Below, piece after piece: positions 56,937 to 64,000 of a stretch of 64,000 nucleotides of DNA. Every line of letters starts with the position of its first letter. Positions within the stretch are counted from its first letter, which is position 1. Both the position numbers and the translations under genes were made by a program. This DNA is from Puniceicoccales bacterium (GTDB taxonomy: Bacteria; Verrucomicrobiota; Verrucomicrobiia; Opitutales; JAIRLM01). The stretch covers positions 15,805 to 79,804 of the forward strand of contig JAITCU010000020.1 of the NCBI GenBank assembly GCA_031282835.1. The letters run 5' to 3'. The notes under the pieces are model-generated. The model was not told the DNA's origin. It searched no databases and was given only the letters and a program-made list of their open reading frames with translations.

Positions 56937-58784
56937 ATGTGTGGTATTGCGGCGTATCTGGGCCGGCGGCGGGCGGTGGAGATTCTTGTGGATGCGCTGC
57001 GAAGGATGGAATATCGCGGCTATGACTCGGCTGGAATTGCGACATTGGAGAATGATAAAATTCATTGCTGCCGGTCCGTTGGAGCCATTTCCGCGCTGCA
57101 GAAAAAACTTAGCGGCCAACCCCTGCCTGGCACCATTGGCATTGGCCATACCCGCTGGGCAACCCATGGGGGGGTTACGGAGTTAAATACCCACCCTCAT
57201 TTTAGTATGGATGGCAAGTTTGCCCTCGTGCACAACGGGGTTGTTGAAAACTTCACCTCCATCCGCGAGTTTTTATCTCTACAAGGGTATGCCTTTTATT
57301 CGGATACGGATACGGAAGCCCTGGTAAATCTCATCGCCTACCATTACGCCAAAGAGCCGATAAATCCCGTGAAGGACCGCTTCCTGGAGAGTGTTCGCAA
57401 ATCCCTCTTGCACGTGCGGGGGACCTACGGCATTGCCGTCGTTTGCTGTGAACGGCCGCGGGAAATGATCGGTGCCCGCAACAGTTCCCCCCTCGTACTC
57501 GGCATCGGCAAGGACGAACTTTTCCTTGGTAGCGATGTTGCCAGTTTCACCGCCCACACCCGGGACGTGGTCTTCCTCAACGACAACGAATTGGTTCACA
57601 TTAAAAATGACTCCTTTGCCATTACCACGCTGGACCGGGAGGAGGTGGCCGCCGTCCGGCAGCAGGTGGACTGGGACACGGTTGCCGCGGAGCTAAATGG
57701 CTATCCCCACTTCATGCTGAAGGAAATTTTCGAGCAACCATTAGCCCTGGAAAACGCCCTCCGGGGGCGCATCGAAAACGAAACCGCCACGGCCCATTTT
57801 GGCGGATTGCAAATGACAGCCGATGAACTGCGGGGCATTAACCGTATCATTTTCTGTGCCTGCGGAACCGCCTGGTGCGCATGCCTGGTCGCCGAATATC
57901 TCATCGAGCGATTTGCCCGCATTCCAGTGGAGGTGGAATATGCCTCGGAATTTCGCTACCGGAACGCTCCCCTTGACCCGAAAACATTGGTAATCGTCAT
58001 CAGTCAAAGCGGAGAAACCGTTGATACCCTTGCTGCCATGCGGGAAGCCCAACGGCGCGGAGTCCGCGTGCTCGCCATCACCAACGGCGTGGGGTCCGCC
58101 ATCGCCCGGGAGGCAAACGGCGGCATCTATCAGCACTCGGGACCGGAAATTGGCGTGGCCTCCACCAAAGCTTTCACATCCCAGCTGTGTATCGCCGCGC
58201 TCCTCGCCCTGCACCTGGGCCGTCTGCGAGACCTATCGGAGGCAAATGGCGCGGAAATCATTAGCGCGCTCAAGCAGTTACCCGCTCAGGTGAAAAGCAT
58301 CCTCGAACAAAGTCCCAATATTTTGAGCATTGCCGAGCACTATCAAAATTGTAACGATATGATTTTCTTGGGCCGGCAAAGCATGTTCCCCATTGCCCTG
58401 GAGGGGGCACTTAAATTGAAAGAGATTTCCTACATCCATGCGGAGGGCTATCCAGCGGCAGAAATGAAACACGGTCCTATCGCCCTCGTTGCCCCTCAGT
58501 GCCCCGTTTTATGTTTGGCGTGCAACGAGGAAAATATTTTCGAAAAGACATTAGCCAACGTGCAGGAGGTGCGTGCCCGCGGCGCCCGGACCATAGTCAT
58601 TGCCCGGGAAGGCAGTCCCATCGGCGACACGGACGATGTCATTTGGATTCCGCCGGCACATGCGGTGACAAGTTCCATCCTGGCAACCATTCCCGTCCAA
58701 CTTTTTGCCTACCACATGGGGGTTCTCCGCGGCTGCAATGTTGACAAGCCTCGGCACTTGGCTAAGTCCGTAACCGTGGAATGA
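56937..58784 (+). CDS. glmS: glutamine--fructose-6-phosphate aminotransferase
   Basis: Start moved to MCGIAAY (56937; Cys2 nucleophile). SIS-domain motifs are present and the C-terminus is KSVTVE. Confidence 0.95.
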   Translation: MCGIAAYLGRRRAVEILVDALRRMEYRGYDSAGIATLENDKIHCCRSVGAISALQKKLSGQPLPGTIGIGHTRWATHGGVTELNTHPHFSMDGKFALVHNGVVENFTSIREFLSLQGYAFYSDTDTEALVNLIAYHYAKEPINPVKDRFLESVRKSLLHVRGTYGIAVVCCERPREMIGARNSSPLVLGIGKDELFLGSDVASFTAHTRDVVFLNDNELVHIKNDSFAITTLDREEVAAVRQQVDWDTVAAELNGYPHFMLKEIFEQPLALENALRGRIENETATAHFGGLQMTADELRGINRIIFCACGTAWCACLVAEYLIERFARIPVEVEYASEFRYRNAPLDPKTLVIVISQSGETVDTLAAMREAQRRGVRVLAITNGVGSAIAREANGGIYQHSGPEIGVASTKAFTSQLCIAALLALHLGRLRDLSEANGAEIISALKQLPAQVKSILEQSPNILSIAEHYQNCNDMIFLGRQSMFPIALEGALKLKEISYIHAEGYPAAEMKHGPIALVAPQCPVLCLACNEENIFEKTLANVQEVRARGARTIVIAREGSPIGDTDDVIWIPPAHAVTSSILATIPVQLFAYHMGVLRGCNVDKPRHLAKSVTVE

Positions 58785-58927
58785 GGCATTGGTTTTTGCT
58801 CTGTTGGGGATTATGCTTCTTGGGCCCCAACATCCCAGCCCATGGTCAGTCATCCAACGGATTTGTTAAGTTTGGCAGCCTACAGGAGCTTTTGGACACC
58901 CATCAACGGGAATTTTTGGAGGAAAGA

Positions 58928-59620
58928 ATGCAAACAACACCGCAGCAGGCCCCATGGGAGAAGGGGGAATTCGTTCTCATCGCTATCGATGGCGGGGCGG
59001 GATCGGGAAAGACTTCGACGGCCCGTGTCATCGCCGAGCGGAACAATTTTGCGTTTGTTTCCACGGGAGAGCACTACCGCATCCTCACCCGTTACCTGGC
59101 GGAGGAAAATATTTCGCCCGGAAACGCCGCGGCCCTCCGGGGGGCACTGGGCCGGCTGCGACCCACCACGCAATTCATCGGCAACCAGGCACATATGTGC
59201 CTGGACGGGACTGTTGTGCCTGCTGAGGAGCTCCACAACGGCGTAATCAATACCATCGTCGCTGACTATGCCCAGAACCCCACTTTGCGGGAATTTCTCC
59301 ATGACTATCAGCGGCAGCTACCCCAGACGGCCCAGGCAGTCGGCTATGCCGGACTTGTCATCGAGGGTCGAGACATGACCAGCGCCGTTTTTCCCGAGGC
59401 CGATCTGTGTGTTTTCCTCGACGCCGATCCCCGGACACGACAACTTCGCCGAAAAATGGAGGGCATAGCCGATGACATCCATGCCCGGGATACCAAGGAT
59501 AGTCCACGATTACAACGAAGAGACGGCATGTTGTACGTGGATTCCACGGAACTTTCCCTAGACGAAGTGGTCTCCATAATTCAAAAAGAAATACAAAAAC
59601 TAACCGTCGAACATCATTAG
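58928..59620 (+). CDS. cmk: cytidylate kinase
   Basis: IAIDGGAGSGKTSTARVIA...VSTGEHYR. Start set at ATG 58928, preceded by GGAGGAAAGA. The longer ORF-track start (58781, ATGA overlap with glmS) would add a 49-aa hydrophobic extension. Confidence 0.85.
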   Translation: MQTTPQQAPWEKGEFVLIAIDGGAGSGKTSTARVIAERNNFAFVSTGEHYRILTRYLAEENISPGNAAALRGALGRLRPTTQFIGNQAHMCLDGTVVPAEELHNGVINTIVADYAQNPTLREFLHDYQRQLPQTAQAVGYAGLVIEGRDMTSAVFPEADLCVFLDADPRTRQLRRKMEGIADDIHARDTKDSPRLQRRDGMLYVDSTELSLDEVVSIIQKEIQKLTVEHH

Positions 59621-59712
59621 AAGTCCTGCAAAAATCAGAAACACTGCCTTGAAGCTCGCATTTTATGCGGGGTAAAACGGCCAAAAAGCGACTTCTGCAG
59701 GACCTCTAATAG
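59617..59712 (+). repeat. ~97-bp palindromic element, copy C
   Basis: TTAGAAGTCCTGCAAAAATCAG...GCGACTTCTGCAGGACCTCTAATAG. The left arm contains the cmk stop codon TAG. Confidence 0.7.
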
Positions 59713-59720
59713 AGCTAAAA

Positions 59721-59796
59721 TGGTGGAGCCGAGGGGATTCGAACCCCTGACCCCCACAATGCCATTGTGGTGCTCTACCAACTGAGCTACGACCCC
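59721..59796 (-). tRNA. tRNA-Ala (anticodon GGC)
   Basis: GGGGTCGTAGCTCAGTTGGTAGAGCACCACAATGGCATTGTGGGGGTCAGGGGTTCGAATCCCCTCGGCTCCACCA. It has the G3:U70 identity pair, anticodon loop ATGGCAT, and an encoded CCA. Confidence 0.95.
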
Positions 59797-59802
59797 AATC
59801 CC

Positions 59803-59879
59803 TGGCACGCCCCACAGGAGTCGAACCTGTAACCTCCTGATCCGTAGTCAGGTGCTCTATCCAATTGGGCTAGGGGCGC
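59803..59879 (-). tRNA. tRNA-Arg (anticodon ACG)
   Basis: GCGCCCCTAGCCCAATTGGATAGAGCACCTGACTACGGATCAGGAGGTTACAGGTTCGACTCCTGTGGGGCGTGCCA. Anticodon loop CTACGGA. One D-stem mismatch. Confidence 0.85.
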
Positions 59880-59948
59880 CAACGGGCCCCTAGCCTCGGT
59901 TCGCCAACATCCCAAGGCAAGGAAATTCTTTGTGCTCGTGTTCGCAGA

Positions 59949-61310
59949 TTATCGCAATTTTTGCAAACGATAGCCATCGGCTGTATCTTCGATGGCCCAA
60001 CCAAAGGCTTCCAATTGCTTCCGCAAGGAGTCCGCCCGGGTAAAATTTCTGTCTTTTCGTGCAGTAAGTCGTTCTTGTGCTAAATGTTCGATCTCCATCG
60101 GAATTTCCATCGCATTTCGATGAAATCCCAAGGCAAACATCAATCTCTGCCATTCCGCCCATTCGTTTACCGCTTGCACTTGGACTGGCGGATTCAATTC
60201 ACATTGGTGCACGTGGCTGAAAACTCGCCCCAATGCCTCCGGAACATTCAAATCATCGCAAATGGCGTCCCATGCAGGTGCCAATGAACAAAATTCAGAA
60301 GCCATGGGAACTTCGACTCCAGCGAGTTCCTGCAGTTTTCGACCAAATCGCTCCAACCGCTCCAAAGCCTTCCGCGCGGCATGGAGGGATTCAAAGGTAA
60401 AATTAAGTGGCTGCCGATAATGTCCGGCGAGCAATGCGTACCGCAATTCCATGGGCGTGTAGCCTTTTTGCTCAATTTCCGCAAGCGTGTACAAATTGCC
60501 CAGGCTCTTGGACATTTTTTCGCCATTCACGCATAGGTGGGCCACATGAAACCAATGGCGGGCAAATGGCTGCCCCGTCGCTGCCTCACTTTGGGCGATT
60601 TCGTTTTCATGATGGGGAAAGCAGAGGTCCATTCCTCCGCCATGGACACCGAAATTATTTCCTAAATACTTCAAGGCCATGGCACTACATTCGATGTGCC
60701 AACCAGGCCGGCCCTTCCCAAAAGGGCTATCCCAGAAGATGGATCCATCCATCGGTTTGTACGCTTTCCATAGGGCAAAATCTTCTGCGGCTTCTTTGTT
60801 AGAGGACACCTCCGCGCCCATGCGCAGTTCCCGTTCATCGAGGCGGGAAAGTCGGCCGTAATGTTTCCACGTGGAAACATCAAAGTATACTGACCCCTCG
60901 CGCCCATAGGCGAATTTTTTGTCAATAAGCGTCTGAATGAGGGCTATCTGCTCCTCCATATGCCCAACGGCGTGGGGTTCGCAGTCAGGGGGGAGAAGGT
61001 TTAATGCGACACAATCAGAGTGGAAAATATCCTCCCAGTGGCTTGTAAATGCATATAGGGAAACACCCTCCCGCTGCGCCCCGGCAATTGTTTTATCGTC
61101 CACATCGGTGACATTGCGGACGTAAAAGGGATTATACCCCGCCAGTGCGAGAACGCGGTAAAGGAGATCCGCCGCTAGGAAGGTGCGAAAATTGCCGATG
61201 TGGGCGAAGCTATATGCCGTCGGACCACAGCAGTAAAATCCAAATCTTTCCCCGTAGGGTTCCAGGGTTTTTACGCGACGGGAGAGTGTATCGTAGAGTC
61301 TAATATGCAT
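59949..61310 (-). CDS. cysS: cysteine--tRNA ligase
   Basis: HIGH-type motif AHIGNFRTF and KMSKS (GEKMSKSLGN). Confidence 0.95.
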   Translation of the reverse strand: MHIRLYDTLSRRVKTLEPYGERFGFYCCGPTAYSFAHIGNFRTFLAADLLYRVLALAGYNPFYVRNVTDVDDKTIAGAQREGVSLYAFTSHWEDIFHSDCVALNLLPPDCEPHAVGHMEEQIALIQTLIDKKFAYGREGSVYFDVSTWKHYGRLSRLDERELRMGAEVSSNKEAAEDFALWKAYKPMDGSIFWDSPFGKGRPGWHIECSAMALKYLGNNFGVHGGGMDLCFPHHENEIAQSEAATGQPFARHWFHVAHLCVNGEKMSKSLGNLYTLAEIEQKGYTPMELRYALLAGHYRQPLNFTFESLHAARKALERLERFGRKLQELAGVEVPMASEFCSLAPAWDAICDDLNVPEALGRVFSHVHQCELNPPVQVQAVNEWAEWQRLMFALGFHRNAMEIPMEIEHLAQERLTARKDRNFTRADSLRKQLEAFGWAIEDTADGYRLQKLR

Positions 61311-61352
61311 TTATGGGATCAATTCATAAAGACTTTTTGCCGGATGGCAAGC

Positions 61353-63521
61353 TCATTCCTCAGAACACGAGCAAGATGGCGAAAAATGCGCCGCTCTGCG
61401 CTGTTTGAATTCGCTCTGTTTTCCATCATTCCACTGCTGGACTGGGCGTAGGTACCCGACGACACGCGAATAAATTTCACAAGTAGCGCCGCAATGGGGG
61501 CACTTACCCTGCTCACCGGCCAGGTAGCCATGGGCGGGACAGACGGAGAACGTCGGAGTCAGGGAAAAATAGGGCAGCCTGTAATTGGACGTGATTTTGC
61601 GGACGAGATTTTTCACCACGGATGGGTCCGAAACACACTCGCCGAGAAAGAGATGCACGACGGTCCCTCCGGTGAACTTCGTCTGCAGTTCATCCTGATG
61701 GTCTAGCACTTCGAAAATGTCATCGGTGGCATCCACTGGGACATGGACCGAATTGGTATAGTAGGGAGCCGATTCGGACAAATTGGCATTATTTGCCACA
61801 CGGATGTCCGGAAACTCCGCCCGATCCTTCCGAGCAAGGCGGAAGGACGTCCCCTCCGCCGGAGTGGCTTCCAGATTGTAATGGTTCCCCGTCGCTTGCT
61901 GATAACCTAGAATTCGCTGGCGCATGAAATCCAAGACGCGAACGGCAAACGGTTTGCCCAATTTCCCACAAATATTTTCCCCCAACAGGTTGGTGCAAGC
62001 CTCGTTCATGCCCACGAGCCCGATTGTGGAAAAATGATTCTTCCAGAAGGATCCGAAGCGGGCACGGATGTGATCCAGGTAAAACGTCGTATAAGGATAG
62101 AGATTGGACTCGGTAAGCTCTTCCAGCCGCCGGCGCTTGATTTCCAGGCTGTCCCGGGCAATGTCCATGAGATCCCCGAGGCGGCGAAGAAAATCTTCCT
62201 CGTTCTGTGCCTGGTGCGCTAGCCGGGGGAGGTTGAGCGTAACCACGCCCACACTTCCCGTCAGCGGATTTGCCCCGAACAGGCCGCCTCCGCGCCGTTC
62301 CAATTGGGTATTATCGATGCGCAGGCGACAACACATGGACCGGCAGTCTTCCGGGGACATATCCGAGTTTACGAAGTTCGAAAAATAAGGAATTCCGTAT
62401 TTTCCCGTCATCTCCCAGAGACCGAGTAAATTGGGGTTATCCCAGTCAAAATCCTTTGTGATGTTTATTGTCGGAATCGGGAAGGTGAGCACGCGGCCCT
62501 TCGCATCGCCCGCGATCAGCACCTCGAAGAGCGCCCGATTAAAAACGTTCATCTCCTCCTGGAAATCTCCGTAAGACTTGTCCTGCGGTTCTCCACCGAT
62601 GATCACCGGTTCGTTGGCCAGATGCGTGGGGCAAAATAAATCGAGGGTAATGTTGGTAAATGGCGTTTGAAATCCAACCCGCGTGGGCACGTTCACGTTG
62701 AAAATAAACTCCTGCAGGGCCTGCTTGACGGCATCAAAGTCCAAATTGTCATAGCGGATGAATGGCGCCAGAAGCGTATCGAAATTCGAAAACGCCTGAG
62801 CTCCAGCGGCTTCTCCTTGGAGCGTGTAGAAAAAGTTAACAATCTGGCCCAGAGCCGTCCGCAAGTGGCGCGGCGGCGCCGCTTCTAATTTCCCAGCCAC
62901 GCCACAAAACCCACGCTGGAGTAGGTCGCCCAGGTCCCAGCCCACGCAGTAGACGGAGATTTGCCCTAGATCGTGGATGTGCATGGCCCCAGATTGATGC
63001 GCCTCGCGGATGCGCTCATTGTAAACATCGTAAAGCCAGTAGTTTTGACTCATTATCCCAGACAGGTAGTGGTTCAGCCCCTGGAGAGAGTAGGTCATGT
63101 TGCTGTTTTCCTTCACCTTCCAGTCGGCACGGGACAGGTACTCGTTAACCCTTTGAACATCGGCCAAATGGGCATGTTCCGCTTCCCGGGCTTCCCGGTC
63201 GCGGGCAATGATGAACGTGCGCGCGGTCAAGTGGTACGGGGAACGCAGGAGTACGTCCTCTATGACTTCCATGGGGGTCCGATCCGCATTTCCCCGCAAT
63301 TTGGCACTGCTAAGGCACTCGGCAACAACCGCATCTGCTAACTGGCGGGCTTCCGCTTCGCCGTATTCACCGGTCATTTTTCCGCAATCGGCGAGAATGG
63401 TAAAAATCTGCTCGCAGGCTTGTGCGTCCGTTTGGGCGGCCCCCATCGGGAGCCATGATTCAAAGCTTTTCAATGTTTCCATACTAATCCTAGTGGTCAC
63501 CCAAATGAAACGGCGGCACAT
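61353..63521 (-). CDS. nrdD: anaerobic ribonucleoside-triphosphate reductase (class III)
   Basis: C-terminal zinc ribbon CPAHG...CPHCG and the glycyl-radical motif SRVVGYLRP. The start may be Met 63482 (METLKSF). Confidence 0.9.
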   Translation of the reverse strand: MCRRFIWVTTRISMETLKSFESWLPMGAAQTDAQACEQIFTILADCGKMTGEYGEAEARQLADAVVAECLSSAKLRGNADRTPMEVIEDVLLRSPYHLTARTFIIARDREAREAEHAHLADVQRVNEYLSRADWKVKENSNMTYSLQGLNHYLSGIMSQNYWLYDVYNERIREAHQSGAMHIHDLGQISVYCVGWDLGDLLQRGFCGVAGKLEAAPPRHLRTALGQIVNFFYTLQGEAAGAQAFSNFDTLLAPFIRYDNLDFDAVKQALQEFIFNVNVPTRVGFQTPFTNITLDLFCPTHLANEPVIIGGEPQDKSYGDFQEEMNVFNRALFEVLIAGDAKGRVLTFPIPTINITKDFDWDNPNLLGLWEMTGKYGIPYFSNFVNSDMSPEDCRSMCCRLRIDNTQLERRGGGLFGANPLTGSVGVVTLNLPRLAHQAQNEEDFLRRLGDLMDIARDSLEIKRRRLEELTESNLYPYTTFYLDHIRARFGSFWKNHFSTIGLVGMNEACTNLLGENICGKLGKPFAVRVLDFMRQRILGYQQATGNHYNLEATPAEGTSFRLARKDRAEFPDIRVANNANLSESAPYYTNSVHVPVDATDDIFEVLDHQDELQTKFTGGTVVHLFLGECVSDPSVVKNLVRKITSNYRLPYFSLTPTFSVCPAHGYLAGEQGKCPHCGATCEIYSRVVGYLRPVQQWNDGKQSEFKQRRAAHFSPSCSCSEE

Positions 63522-63676
63522 TTAGGGCGCAAGGAGATTTTTTGCCAGCGAACATTTCTTTCGCAAATATACATACAACATGAACACCCTTGGAATCATC
63601 TCTGGAACGAGATTTAACACCTCCCCCGGCCAATTATGGGACAAAAATTTTCCAAACCTATTTTGAAAAACGCGGA

Positions 63677-63949
63677 TTAATCTTCATTTTTTGGTGGTTC
63701 AGGCAAATTTGTTTCCGGTGATTCGGCCAGCTTACACGCATAAGGGTATATAGCCCTGTGGATAGCAGAGCATGCAAACATACCAACCAAAAATGCCCCC
63801 ACCGTACAAAGGGCAGTGTGCAAAATGGATGCGGTTAAAAACGTAGCCACGCAGCCAAGAGCTGGAAAGATGGGCAGGAGGTATGGCATCGCCAGGAAGA
63901 CACACGCAAGAAACACGCCCGCAAACAGTATGCCGCTGAGCGCGCCCAC
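63677..63949 (-). CDS. small (90-aa) protein consisting mostly of hydrophobic helices
   Basis: MGALSGILFAGVFLACVFLAMPYLLPIFPALGCVATFLTASILHTALCTVGAFLVGMFACSAI, followed by a polar tail PETNLPEPPKNED. Confidence 0.5.
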   Translation of the reverse strand: MGALSGILFAGVFLACVFLAMPYLLPIFPALGCVATFLTASILHTALCTVGAFLVGMFACSAIHRAIYPYACKLAESPETNLPEPPKNED

Positions 63950-64000
63950 CGCGGCGAGCGACCAATGCCCCTTGGCCCCGGTGATGGCGACGGTATCCTC

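Noticed and set aside
59700-59900. The tRNA-Ala/tRNA-Arg pair as an integration hotspot (genomic island boundary).
   Set aside because: No integrase, direct repeat of a tRNA 3' end, or phage or IS genes are nearby. Only the 97-bp palindromic element abuts the tRNAs.

Overview
This 64-kb chromosomal window comes from a Gram-negative, apparently host-associated bacterium. I infer a PVC-type lineage (Chlamydiota/Verrucomicrobiota-like), but no rRNA is present to confirm it. About two thirds is recognisable housekeeping: the end of a Bat-like operon, murE, clpP, fabV, rsmE, tRNA-Pro, gmk, glgC, a heptose kinase, a pseudouridine synthase, dnaA, alaS, serS, nth, rpmE (type B), thyA, lpxB, mpl, dnaK-groES-groEL, pgi, rsmI, fmt, glmS, cmk, tRNA-Ala, tRNA-Arg, cysS and nrdD. 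The accessory content is: (i) two separated fragments of a type III secretion system (sctS-sctT-sctU at 21.3-23.5 kb with no adjacent sctR; a CesT-like chaperone plus the secretin sctC at 40.7-43.1 kb) and an orphan FliO-like gene at 5.9 kb; (ii) a 3165-aa tail-anchored giant protein with a SecA/SF2-like ATPase motif quartet (46.7-56.2 kb); (iii) a 544-aa protein with 39 consecutive prolines, acidic EP/EA repeats and a WH2-like motif (26.7-28.4 kb); (iv) several proteins with bilobed hydrophobic (Inc-like) segments; (v) a five-copy dispersed cassette (conserved promoter, palindrome, SD, small MK[S/N/K] ORF), found before alaS, before the giant gene, at two gene relics and at one disrupted copy, three copies also carrying a conserved structured leader; (vi) a ~97-bp palindromic element in 3 full and 1 partial copies, one inserted into a cassette ORF; (vii) a 311-bp tandem duplication and small Cys-rich ORFs downstream of sctU. 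I recognised no CRISPR array, transposase, integrase or prophage genes. The best candidate for something undescribed is the cassette/leader family linked to the giant effector-like gene. All functional calls come from motifs read by eye; no searches were run.
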